A stretch of DNA of 64,000 nucleotides. Source: Thermoanaerobaculia bacterium (GTDB taxonomy: Bacteria > Acidobacteriota > Thermoanaerobaculia > Multivoradales > UBA5704). Location: the NCBI GenBank assembly GCA_036264355.1, contig DATARD010000198.1, forward strand, positions 15,565-79,564, given 5' to 3'. Position numbers and translations under genes: made by a program. The notes beneath the pieces are model-generated. The model ran no database searches and had not been told where the DNA came from. It worked only from the letters and a program-made list of their open reading frames with translations. Below, in pieces: positions 1-8,459 of this stretch (position 1 is the stretch's first letter; each line of letters starts with the position of its first letter).

Positions 1-1277
1 CCGCCAACCTGCCGCTCGGCGCCGCCACCTACCGCACCCTCCTGATCGCCACCAACACCGGAAGCGTCAACGCGGCCTTCAACGTCACCTTTCTCGCCAG
101 CGGCACCGACGGCACGGCCGGAGCGCCAACGCCGTCTTCGTTCGGCCTCTCGCCCGGCACCACGCTGCGCGTCTACAACGCGGTGCCGGCCGGCGCCCGC
201 GGCATGCTCGCGGTGAGCGGCGACGCCGCCATCGCGGTGAGCGCGCGGGTCGAGGCGCTGGCCGCGAACGGCAACGTGCTGGCCAGCGCCGAAGTGCCGG
301 TGGTGACCGCGGTCAACGCCTCGCCCGCCTCCGCGCATGTTCAGTTGCAGGGGCTGCAGACAGCCAGCGGCGGCGCGGTCACCGACCTCGGCTTGATGAA
401 TCTCTCCGCCGCGATCGCTCACTGCACGGTGCAGTCGTTCCGTACCAACGGCGGCACGATCGCCAACGCGGCCACCCTGACGCTGGCGCCGCGGTCGAAC
501 AACGATTTCACCGGCGCGCTCGCCCGGCTCGGGCAGACGGCGATCAAGGACGCCCGCTTCGACGTCACCTGCGACCAGGCGTTCAGCCCCTACGCGCTGA
601 TCTACCGGCCGGGCGGCCCCGAGACGGTGGTGCTCGGACCGGGCGCCACGCTCGACAGCGATCTCAAGCCCGCCGGCGGCGGTGGCGGCGGTGGCGGCGA
701 CGGCAGCGTGCTCTTCACCCTGCCCGGCCAGTTCGCCAACGGCTCGGCGTTCGCCGGCTTCGACCTGCCTCTCGTGGCCGGCGTCCAGTACGGCCACGCG
801 CACATGGAGCTCGACCTCCTGCTCGACCACTGGCACCAGCCGTTCCCGTTCAACCCCAACTTCCAGACCGTCGCGAGCTTCCGGCGCACCGCCGACAAGC
901 GGACGGATCGATTGCTCTATTGGGGGCTCATTCTCAAGGGCGCGGGGGATTACAACACCATTCTCGACATGGGCGTCCCGCCCGGCGCGAGCGAAGGGAC
1001 GACGCTGCGCAGCGGCAAGGGTCCGTGGAAGGAGCACAACACCTATCACCTGGTCTTCGACTATGACGCCGTCCAGGCGACGATCGTCTTCGAGGCCTAC
1101 CAGGGCGGCGCCCTGGTGCAGCGGATGACCGGCCCGCTCAACAACACCGACATCTCCAACCAGCCCGGCAAGACCGTGCGCGTCGACTTCAGCGCGGCCG
1201 GCATCGGCGACGGCGCGTATTTTCCGACCCTGGGGTGGAAGTACTCGAACCTTACGATGAAGCTGACTCCGCGGTGA
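1..1277 (+). CDS. secreted hypothetical protein, 5' end outside window; N-terminal part paralogous to the next gene, then a Gly8 linker and a second domain
   Basis: The frame of ORF 183..1277 stays open back to nt 3 (ANLPLGAATYRTLLIATNTG...). That stretch aligns by eye with the 1321..2076 product. Shared motifs: CTVQSF/CTVSAF and FDVTCDQAFSPYA/IAVSCDQAFYAYA. GGGGGGGG linker near 680-705. Confidence 0.6.
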   Translation, partial: ANLPLGAATYRTLLIATNTGSVNAAFNVTFLASGTDGTAGAPTPSSFGLSPGTTLRVYNAVPAGARGMLAVSGDAAIAVSARVEALAANGNVLASAEVPVVTAVNASPASAHVQLQGLQTASGGAVTDLGLMNLSAAIAHCTVQSFRTNGGTIANAATLTLAPRSNNDFTGALARLGQTAIKDARFDVTCDQAFSPYALIYRPGGPETVVLGPGATLDSDLKPAGGGGGGGGDGSVLFTLPGQFANGSAFAGFDLPLVAGVQYGHAHMELDLLLDHWHQPFPFNPNFQTVASFRRTADKRTDRLLYWGLILKGAGDYNTILDMGVPPGASEGTTLRSGKGPWKEHNTYHLVFDYDAVQATIVFEAYQGGALVQRMTGPLNNTDISNQPGKTVRVDFSAAGIGDGAYFPTLGWKYSNLTMKLTPR

Positions 1278-1320
1278 GTCGACAGGGACGAACACGGACA
1301 GACATGGACGGGCACGGACG

Positions 1321-2076
1321 ATGAGAACGACTGGACTGATTTTGGGTGCTTTGGCGTTGTGCGCGGCTCCGGTGAGGGCCGGCGAGGTTCTGGTGCCGCT
1401 GTCCGCCGGAGTGGCGGCGGACGGCACCACCTATACGACGCGGGTGTGGGTCACCAACGTCGGGAGCGCGGCGCGGCGGTGGACGCCCACGTTCATCACC
1501 CCGGGCGTGGACGGCACCAAGGCGGCGGCCGGCTCGCCGCTCACGGTCAACCCCGGAGCGACCGTGCCGGTCACCAACCTGGCGCCCGCCGGCAAGGGTG
1601 GCATGCTCTATGTGAACGGCGCGCCGCAGCTCGTGATCACCGCGCGGCTGGAGGGCACCGGCAAGGACGGCTCGCTGCGCGCCGCGGTGGCCGGTCCGCT
1701 GGTCACCGGCCGCGACCTCGCCGCGGGCGGCAGCACGGTACAACTGCACGGGCTCAGCCAGAAGCAGGGCGGCCTGACCACCGACCTCTATCTCATCAAC
1801 GCGGCGCGCCAGGCAGCCCAGTGCACAGTCAGCGCTTTCGGCGCCGACGGCGGCACGATCGCAACCGCCGTGCGCTATACGCTGCCCGCGCTGTCGCTCA
1901 AGACCGTCGAGGGCGCCCTCGCTCAATTCGGCGCCACCAGCATCGACGAGGCGCGGATCGCCGTCTCCTGCGACCAGGCGTTCTACGCCTACGCCCGGGT
2001 CTACAAGGCGGGCAGCGGCGAGCTCAACGTCATGACGCCCCCGCGGAGCCTGGGCCGGCCGGTGACGGTGCCGTGA
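1321..2076 (+). CDS. secreted hypothetical protein (paralog of the N-terminal region of the upstream gene)
   Basis: Signal-peptide-like N-terminus MRTTGLILGALALCAAPVRAGE. Collinear with the previous ORF (GGLTTDLYLINAARQAAQCTVSAF vs GGAVTDLGLMNLSAAIAHCTVQSF). Confidence 0.65.
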   Translation: MRTTGLILGALALCAAPVRAGEVLVPLSAGVAADGTTYTTRVWVTNVGSAARRWTPTFITPGVDGTKAAAGSPLTVNPGATVPVTNLAPAGKGGMLYVNGAPQLVITARLEGTGKDGSLRAAVAGPLVTGRDLAAGGSTVQLHGLSQKQGGLTTDLYLINAARQAAQCTVSAFGADGGTIATAVRYTLPALSLKTVEGALAQFGATSIDEARIAVSCDQAFYAYARVYKAGSGELNVMTPPRSLGRPVTVP

Positions 2077-2104
2077 CCCCGCGCAAAAACGTCCGCCGAT
2101 CGGT

Positions 2105-3256
2105 TCAAGGGTCCAGCACCGCCACCTTCGAGGGAGGCGCGAAGTACCCCGCCTCCGTGATCCAGATGCGGTCGTGATTGTCGATCTCGATGTTGTAGTA
2201 GCCGTTGCCTGGCGTCGGGAGCGGATACTCCGTGATGGTGAGGGCCACAGGATCGAGGACGCCGATCTGCCCGGCGTCCTCCTCGAACCAGAGCCGCCCC
2301 GACGCGTCCACGCGCAGGTCTCCGGCGTTGGCTCTGGCGAAAGGAATCGGATATTCGATCCAACCAGGAGTCCGGCTCGGCGTCACCGCCGTGAGCCGCG
2401 GAGTCACGGGAGTGGCGGCGACATGCGGAGCGCCACCGGCGTGCAGGTGGGTCCCCGGAGTGCTCTGCCCCGCCGAAGCGCCGGCCAGGGGCGTGACCGT
2501 GAAGTCGGTGTGAGGAGCCGCGTCCGGATCGAGCAGGGCGACGGCATTGCCGAAGAATTCGGTGACCCAGACGGTGCCGTCAGCGTTCGCGAGCACTCCC
2601 GCCGGCGTGCCTCCCAGCGTCGGCACGCGGTATTCGCTGATGAGGTTGGTGACCGGGTCGAGGCGCCGCACCGTGTTGGTGCCGTCCGGGCCGGGACCAC
2701 CGAAATTCTTTTCCGCGAACCAGACGCGACCGGCCGGATCGAGGCTGACCTCCTCGATGTGCGCATCGGCCTTCTCCAGGGTGATCTGCCACTCGGTGAA
2801 GTGGCCCTGGGGATCCATCCGCGCAACGCCGCTGGGCTCGGGAAACCAGACGCTGCGGTCGGGCGCCAGCTCGATGAACGTCGGCATGGCGCCGGAAGGA
2901 ACCCGGTATTCCACGACCTCCCCCGACTCCGGATGGAGCACGCCGATGGCGTTGTTGGTATGATCGGTGAACCAGATGCCGTCCTGGCCGATCTTGAGCG
3001 TGTTCGGTTGACCGCCGTTCGGCACCGGGTACTCGACGACGCTGCGGTCCGGGCGCTGCAGAACCAGCCGGCTCGCCAGGGTCTCGCAATACCAGACCGA
3101 GCCGTCCCGAGTGACCTCCACCCCCTCGGCCAGGCTGTCGGGAGTGGGAGTGGGGAACTCCGTGACCATCGGACCGTGTTTCGCCCAGACCGGGGCCGCC
3201 GCAAACTTCGTCAAGAGGAGCAGACCCAGGATCGAGAACAGACCTGTTCGTTTCAT
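2105..3256 (-). CDS. secreted beta-propeller repeat protein, virginiamycin B lyase (Vgb)-like repeats
   Basis: Internal ATG at 3256 preceded by AAGGAG. Signal peptide MKRTGLFSILGLLLLTKFAAAPVWA. Repeats of about 40 aa of the type EYxVPxxxxPxxIxxxxDGxxWFxE. The part of ORF 2105..3433 upstream of 3256 lies in a repeat element. Confidence 0.7.
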   Translation of the reverse strand: MKRTGLFSILGLLLLTKFAAAPVWAKHGPMVTEFPTPTPDSLAEGVEVTRDGSVWYCETLASRLVLQRPDRSVVEYPVPNGGQPNTLKIGQDGIWFTDHTNNAIGVLHPESGEVVEYRVPSGAMPTFIELAPDRSVWFPEPSGVARMDPQGHFTEWQITLEKADAHIEEVSLDPAGRVWFAEKNFGGPGPDGTNTVRRLDPVTNLISEYRVPTLGGTPAGVLANADGTVWVTEFFGNAVALLDPDAAPHTDFTVTPLAGASAGQSTPGTHLHAGGAPHVAATPVTPRLTAVTPSRTPGWIEYPIPFARANAGDLRVDASGRLWFEEDAGQIGVLDPVALTITEYPLPTPGNGYYNIEIDNHDRIWITEAGYFAPPSKVAVLDP

Positions 3257-3354
3257 GTGGATACTCTCCTTATGCCTTGGATTTACAGCCCAGGGTAGTA
3301 CCCGCGCTTCGGCGTGTCCATCCTCCCTGGAGACGAATTCCCGTGCTGCAGGGG

Positions 3355-3704
3355 CGGCCGGCCCAACGGGCCGGGAGATTCCAGTCAACGGGCACCACCT
3401 CCAAAGTGGCCTGAAAGGCCGCGAGAATCCCAAGCTTGACAGGGACCTTTTCGGTGAGCCAGTCGCAAGTCGAAGACGTTCGGGCCTACATCCGCAACCA
3501 ACGCGAGCATCACCGTGTCAAGTCGTTTCAAGAGGAGCTCCGTGCGTTCCTCAATGCCTATGAAATCGAATTTGACGAGCGCTACGTGTGGGACTGAAGC
3601 TCTCGCGGCCTTTCAGGCCGCCTTTCTGTGGGACCTTTCAACCCAGGGCATCGGCCTTCGGCCTCAGCCCTGGGCTATGCTCTCCCGGCCCGTTGGGCCG
3701 GCCG
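3355..3704. mobile_element. decayed REP/RAYT-type element: nested perfect inverted repeats around a transposase remnant
   Basis: Outer 24-nt inverted repeat cggccggcccaacgggccgggaga (3355-3378) / tctcccggcccgttgggccggccg (3681-3704). Inner 19-nt inverted repeat ggcctgaaaggccgcgaga (3408-3426) / tctcgcggcctttcaggcc (3601-3619). Both enclose the fragment at 3454..3597. Confidence 0.6.
3454..3597 (+). pseudogene. C-terminal 47-codon remnant of an IS200-like / REP-associated tyrosine transposase (Y1 transposase)
   Basis: Translation VSQSQVEDVRAYIRNQREHHRVKSFQEELRAFLNAYEIEFDERYVWD* matches the conserved C-terminal tail I recall for this transposase family. No catalytic N-terminal part is present. 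Confidence 0.6.
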
Positions 3705-3783
3705 ACCGCCAGCGGGAGACTGACCACCGGACCTCCAAGGCCTCACGCGCTCATCTACTGTAGAATGAGGCAGGAGGATCAGC

Positions 3784-4158
3784 ATGCCGATCTCCTATTC
3801 GATCGACTCGCAGCTCGGCATCATTCTCGAAACCTGGGTCGGCAACGTCTCGGCAAAGGACCTGGCCGAATACTGGAAGAGCTACCTCGCCAACCCAGAG
3901 GTTCTGTCGCTGCGAAGAACCCTCGTGGATCTCCGCCAAGCCCATCCGACCTTCACCGGAAGCGAGCTCTCCGATCTCATCTCCAGTATCGTCGATCCGA
4001 TTCTTCAGGGGCGAGACTGGAAGACGGCGATCATCATCGACAAGCCCGTTCAATTCGGCATATCGCGTCAGTATCACGTGTTCGCGGAACACTACAGTCG
4101 CGATGCGATCTTCAGCGACCCTACTTCGGCTCTCAATTGGCTCACCAGTCAAACATAG
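3784..4158 (+). CDS. hypothetical protein, possibly a STAS/SpoIIAA-like fold
   Basis: ATG preceded by AGGAGG. Balanced composition, unlike the R-rich antisense ORF 3751..4209. The STAS-like assignment is only a resemblance in length and pattern. Confidence 0.55.
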   Translation: MPISYSIDSQLGIILETWVGNVSAKDLAEYWKSYLANPEVLSLRRTLVDLRQAHPTFTGSELSDLISSIVDPILQGRDWKTAIIIDKPVQFGISRQYHVFAEHYSRDAIFSDPTSALNWLTSQT

Positions 4159-4256
4159 CGCCGGCCGGCGATATCGCATCGAAATCTTCCCGCCGAGAAA
4201 GGCCGGCACGTCACCGCCGCCGCGGCGCCCGTCCCGGCCGTCTCGTGCGGATGCCT

Positions 4257-4757
4257 CTAGTTGCAGGTCTCGGTGAAGGTGTTCTTCTCCATGGTGATCT
4301 CGCCGTTGGCGTTCATGGTGCCCTGGAAGCGCATGGTCCCATGGAAATTCGGCGCATCGCCCTGACCGATGGCATCGACACCGTAGTCGAACGAGATGTT
4401 GGAGCTGCCCCCGGCGTTGTCGTTCAAGCGGTCGTAGAAGATGATCGGAATGTCAGCCTGAATCCGGTAGGAATCGCCCGTGACGGAGCCGATGCCGACG
4501 CCCTGGAGCTTGATCTGGACATGAAAGTGGGCACCGCCGGCACTGTCGTCCGTCTCTCCGAACACGAAGTGGGCCTTGACAATGCCGTCTACACTTTCTC
4601 CGCTGCCCCCGTTGGCGCAGGGAACGAAGATCGAGAAGGGACCCTGGTCGCGGAACTGCTGGGTCGCCGCGCTGGCCGGGGCGGCGGCCACGAGGATCAG
4701 GAGGGCCGCTGCGGCGAGGGTCAGGGTAAGAAGTGTGAAACGCGCTTTCATCATCAT
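4257..4757 (-). CDS. small secreted hypothetical protein
   Basis: AAGGAGA upstream of ATG. Signal peptide MMMKARFTLLTLTLAAAALLILVAAAPASA. Ends in a Cys near the C-terminus (TETCN). Confidence 0.7.
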   Translation of the reverse strand: MMMKARFTLLTLTLAAAALLILVAAAPASAATQQFRDQGPFSIFVPCANGGSGESVDGIVKAHFVFGETDDSAGGAHFHVQIKLQGVGIGSVTGDSYRIQADIPIIFYDRLNDNAGGSSNISFDYGVDAIGQGDAPNFHGTMRFQGTMNANGEITMEKNTFTETCN

Positions 4758-4904
4758 TCTCCTTTTTCTCCGTTTGCCAGGACAGCCCCGACGACCGGCA
4801 AGGCAAGCTCGGCCGGGAGCCGCCTGGCGTTAATCCGTTTTTTGTTTTGATTCACTTTACAAAGTCAAGATAGCTACTCCGCTCCAACTTGTACATCCTC
4901 CCTA

Positions 4905-4992
4905 GCGATGATTTTTCGGCCTCACCGCATCCTCTCTAGAGAGGATCTCGCCTCCTCTCTAGAAAGGAGGAGGAGGCACAAAAAATCATCGC
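4905..4992. repeat. composite palindromic element (12-bp outer stem enclosing two TCTAGA-centred palindromes)
   Basis: gcgatgattttt (4905-4916) pairs with aaaaatcatcgc (4981-4992). Inside are atcctctctagagaggat (4929-4946) and cctcctctctagaaaggagg (4951-4970). Related copy at 7096-7149. Confidence 0.7.
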
Positions 4993-5036
4993 CCTCGCGT
5001 TCCTCAAAGCGGAGCACAAAGGTCGTCACGTCGGCG

Positions 5037-5093
5037 TGGCGCATCGCCCATGCCGATGGCATCGATGCTGAAGTGGTGGCCGCTCGAGGGCAC
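5037..5093 (-). pseudogene. short fragment paralogous to the 4257..4757 gene
   Basis: Minus-strand translation VPSSGHHFSIDAIGMGDAP vs SSNISFDYGVDAIGQGDAP in the intact gene. At DNA level, 5038-5066 matches 4351-4379 (ggcgcatcgcc...cgatggcatcga). Confidence 0.3.
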
Positions 5094-5170
5094 GGAGAGC
5101 ACCCAGGCGGACGTTTTGAAGTATGATCCCGCCAAAGTCATCACCGAGGTCCTTTCTGGAGGAGCCGAAA

Positions 5171-6643
5171 ATGAGAACCGTACGCGTTCCGATCTTTCTC
5201 GCTCTCTTTCTGTCAAGCCTGGGAGTGGCCGGGGCCCAGACCTGGACACCCTTGGCGAATCAACCTCCGTTCTCGGCCGGAAATCCTCTCCTTCTGACCG
5301 ATGGGACGGTGATCGCGCACGCAACCTGCGCTCCCGACTGGTGGCGGCTGACTCCCGACGGCAACGGCAGCTATATCAACGGCACCTGGAGCCGGATCGC
5401 CTCTCTGCCCGACGGATATGGCCCCCTCTATTTTGCGTCCGCCGTTCTCCCCGACGGCCGCGTGATCGTCGAAGGCGGGGAATACAACTTCTGCCAAGCG
5501 GTGTGGACCAACAGTGGAGCCATCTACGATCCCATCGCCAACTCCTGGAGCTCGATTGCACCACCCTCCGGCTGGAGCACGATCGGAGACGCCCAGGGCA
5601 TTGTTCTCGCCAACGGGACCTTCATGCTGGCCAACTGCTGCACCCCGGAGACGGCTCTGTTCGACTCCAAGAAGCTGACCTGGACGCCGACCGGAGCGGG
5701 CAAAGCGGATGTCAACGACGAAGAGGGGTGGACCCTGCTGCCCAATGGTCACGTTCTGACCGTGGATGCCTATGTGTTCTCCTACGACCCGGCCGGCACC
5801 GACTCCGAGATCTACGACCCCGCGAGCGGGACCTGGAGCAGCGCAGGCAGTACCCTCGTGCAACTCTGGGATTCCTACCCCAGCGCCAGCAAGGCTACTT
5901 ATGAGCTCGGCCCCGCGGTTTTGAGGCCGGACGGCACGGTGTTCGCCGCCGGCGCCAACGGCGGCCCCAACGCCTCGGGACATACCGCGATCTTCGACTC
6001 GCACACAGGCATCTGGACGGCGGGCCCGGATTTCCCCTCCGGCCTCGACATCGCCGACGGGCCGGCCGCGCTGCTGCCCAACGGGAACGTGCTCCTGGAG
6101 ACCAGCCCGGGCGTCTTCAGGAAGGGCGCGAAATTTTTCGAGTGGGACGGATTCAGCCTGTTCGCCGTGCCCGGCCCGGCTCCGGCCAAGAACGAGTCTT
6201 CGTATATCGGAAACATGCTCGTCCTTCCGACCGGTCAGATCCTGTGGACCGACTTGAACGGGAACGCGTACGTCTACTCCTCAAGCGGCTCGCCCAACCC
6301 GGCCTGGGCGCCGCGCATTCAAAGCGGTCCTGCGGTGACGAACATCTCGCGCGGAAACACTTATCGCATCGCCGGGTTCAACTTCAATGGCTTCTCTCAA
6401 GGCGCGGCGTACGGCGATGATGCGCAGGCCGCCACGAACTATCCCCTGGTGCGGATCACCAACCATGGGACGGGGCACGTGTTCTACGCTCGGACCCATG
6501 ATCACAGCACCATGGCGGTGGCCAGTCCGGAGCTGGCGTCGACTCGTTACGATGTGCCGGCCGGAATGGAGGTCGGATTGGCCGATCTGGTCGTCGTCGC
6601 CAATGGAATTGCTTCGGCACCCATCACCGTGAACGTCCAGTAA
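5171..6643 (+). CDS. secreted kelch / galactose-oxidase-like beta-propeller protein with a C-terminal Ig-like (E-set) domain
   Basis: ATG at 5171 after GGAGGA. Signal peptide MRTVRVPIFLALFLSSLGVAGAQ. Repeated LPDGRV / LPNGHV / RPDGTV / LPNGNV blade motifs. C-terminal beta-sandwich-like tail. Confidence 0.75.
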   Translation: MRTVRVPIFLALFLSSLGVAGAQTWTPLANQPPFSAGNPLLLTDGTVIAHATCAPDWWRLTPDGNGSYINGTWSRIASLPDGYGPLYFASAVLPDGRVIVEGGEYNFCQAVWTNSGAIYDPIANSWSSIAPPSGWSTIGDAQGIVLANGTFMLANCCTPETALFDSKKLTWTPTGAGKADVNDEEGWTLLPNGHVLTVDAYVFSYDPAGTDSEIYDPASGTWSSAGSTLVQLWDSYPSASKATYELGPAVLRPDGTVFAAGANGGPNASGHTAIFDSHTGIWTAGPDFPSGLDIADGPAALLPNGNVLLETSPGVFRKGAKFFEWDGFSLFAVPGPAPAKNESSYIGNMLVLPTGQILWTDLNGNAYVYSSSGSPNPAWAPRIQSGPAVTNISRGNTYRIAGFNFNGFSQGAAYGDDAQAATNYPLVRITNHGTGHVFYARTHDHSTMAVASPELASTRYDVPAGMEVGLADLVVVANGIASAPITVNVQ

Positions 6644-6748
6644 CCGTCGGGTGGAGCAGCAAGCCACCCTGGAGAGCCTGGCGCCAGTCCTCGGGCCTCC
6701 AGGGCATGACGCTTGCAACCTCGTCCCTGGACAAGGAGACCTGACGCC

Positions 6749-7057
6749 ATGGCGAATGAGAAGAAGAGTTCGGGACCGGATCCGCGTTTCGTCCGTTTCA
6801 AGGAAGAGGAGGGGCCGGGGCTCGGCCCGGAGTCCGCCGGCCAGGCCGGCGATACCATGGGAATTTCGCGTTCCGAGGTCGAGGGGCCGCAGAGCGTCGA
6901 GGAGCTGCTCGAGGAAGGGCAGTCCTTCGAGGCCGGGATCATCAGCGGCGTCGAGGACGCGCCCGACGCCGACCAGGGCGGGGTCCGCACGCGCCAAGTC
7001 CCCGAGGACGACGTCCCGCAGGAATACCTGGACGACGAAATACCCGGACGGGGCTGA
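6749..7057 (+). CDS. small acidic hypothetical protein
   Basis: ATG at 6749 preceded by AAGGAGA. Acidic, low-complexity product (…SVEELLEEGQSFEAGIISGVEDAPDAD…). Confidence 0.5.
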   Translation: MANEKKSSGPDPRFVRFKEEEGPGLGPESAGQAGDTMGISRSEVEGPQSVEELLEEGQSFEAGIISGVEDAPDADQGGVRTRQVPEDDVPQEYLDDEIPGRG

Positions 7058-7095
7058 GCTAAACGGCATCGCCGGTAGCCAGAGTGACTGTCGAG

Positions 7096-7149
7096 CGGTC
7101 TCTAGGGAGGATCTTGGGAGGGCTCGGCATCCTCTCTAGAGAGGATGCC
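7096..7149. repeat. TCTAGA-centred palindromic repeat, inverted copy of the 4927-4970 element
   Basis: Perfect 24-nt palindrome ggcatcctctctagagaggatgcc (7126-7149), preceded by the degenerate copy ggtctctagggaggatc. Shares gcatcctctctagagaggat with 4927-4946. Confidence 0.7.
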
Positions 7150-7395
7150 GGCCTATCAAAAAGGGTGGAAATGTCGAGCCGCTCTTTGCCGCGCCGCAGC
7201 AGCTCGCGGGCGTCGGGCAGCGCGCCGCGCGACTGCCGGGGGTCCGAGGCTTTGAACAGCGTTTCCAGGAAGCGCGCCGCGCGCGGTTTCCCGGGCCGGC
7301 CTGGGGGTCGGGATCTAGCTCTTCCATCTCCGTGCATTGACGAAGAAATGGTATGCTTGAGATATTACGAGGTACATTACATCAGGAGCTGAACA

Positions 7396-8316
7396 TCATG
7401 ACGCCTCGGCGGACCCCGGGCCGGCCGGCAACGGCTCCGTGACCCGCGCCCTGGACTCGACGAAGGCCGAGCGGAGCATGGAGACGGCGGCGTAGAGGAC
7501 GACGACGATCACCAGCCAGCGCAGGGTGACGAGCGGCAATGACTTGACGACGAACGCCGCGATCAGCACCGCCGGCACGCCGGCGACGCTGAGCCCGAGC
7601 GCCGCGCGCAGGCTGTAGCGCCCGCTGCGGATGAAGCGGATGCTGCCCACCGGCATGAGGAAGGCGCAGGAGCCCATCATGATGGGGAACGCAGCGGTCG
7701 GGTTCATGCTGAGCAGGCTCACCAGCACCATGCACGGCGCGTAGAGGCCGACGCCGACCTCCATCAGGGCGCCGAGCACGAAGTTGCCGACCAAGCCCAC
7801 CGCGAGCGGCCAGCCGCTCAACGCCAGGGCCTCGCCGCCATGGACGCTCTTGTCCAGGTTCTTCATCACGAAGAACACCGCCGCCACCAGCAGGGCAGCC
7901 CCCATCGCAAGCTGGATCTTCCGCCGCGGCGCGTCCGCCGCGAAGCCGGCGCCGACCCAGGAGCCGAGGACCGCGGCGCCGATCATCAGCACCAGGGTCT
8001 TCATGTCGACGGTCACGATCGCAATGAAGATGAAGGCCTGCGCGATGGTCGCCAGGGTATGCCCGACGTTGAGTGTCCCCGGGATGTCCTCGTCCGCGAC
8101 CAGGCGCCGCAGCTTGAGGGCGGCGGTCGTCGGCGCGAAGGAACCGATGCCCAAGGTGTCGAAGAAGGAGGTGACGAACCCCAGGACCAGCTCGAAGAGG
8201 CCGGGGGCGACCCGTTCCGCGCCGGCCCGGGCGCGGGCGCTCTGCACGGCGGCCACCAGCACGGCGAGGTAGACGGCACCGACGACACCGAGGGCCACGA
8301 ACAGAGCGAATTTCAT
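7396..8316 (-). CDS. TauE/SafE-family (sulfite-exporter-like) membrane protein
   Basis: Start MKFALFVALGVVGAVYL at 8316. About 8 hydrophobic helices. Gly-rich helices and FDTLGIGSFAP-type motif typical of the family. The upstream part of ORF 7396..8574 is Arg-rich junk. Confidence 0.75.
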   Translation of the reverse strand: MKFALFVALGVVGAVYLAVLVAAVQSARARAGAERVAPGLFELVLGFVTSFFDTLGIGSFAPTTAALKLRRLVADEDIPGTLNVGHTLATIAQAFIFIAIVTVDMKTLVLMIGAAVLGSWVGAGFAADAPRRKIQLAMGAALLVAAVFFVMKNLDKSVHGGEALALSGWPLAVGLVGNFVLGALMEVGVGLYAPCMVLVSLLSMNPTAAFPIMMGSCAFLMPVGSIRFIRSGRYSLRAALGLSVAGVPAVLIAAFVVKSLPLVTLRWLVIVVVLYAAVSMLRSAFVESRARVTEPLPAGPGSAEAS

Positions 8317-8459
8317 GACCGGGTATGGTACATCGGATCGAGAACGGATCTGACACCCGATCGGTGGTTCCGTTGTGTCCGCCCCGGGTTCTGGCGGATA
8401 ATCAACCTCCCCGGCGTCCGTCGACCGCAACGCATCCGGAGCACGCCATCCACCCTGCA

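Noticed and set aside
3257-3433. N-terminal extension of the Vgb-like ORF (MGFSRPFRPLWRWCPLTGISRPVGPAAP…). The mirror-image ORF is 3588..4850 (+), starting MGLKLSRPFRPPF….
   Set aside because: These 'peptides' are translations of the inverted-repeat arms of the RAYT-type element. A proper ATG with an SD and a signal peptide lies at 3256.
7338-7385. AT-rich stretch with TTGACG … ATATTA resembling a sigma-70 promoter.
   Set aside because: On the plus strand it would read into the 3' end of the convergent TauE gene. The spacing is ambiguous and there is no downstream gene to serve. Possibly just a terminator-proximal AT patch.
7059-7392. ORFs 7059..7337 (-) and 7084..7392 (+) in the gap after the acidic-protein gene.
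   Set aside because: No start context and low-complexity Arg/Pro-rich products. The region overlaps the palindromic repeat. It might hide a gene fragment, but I cannot support one.
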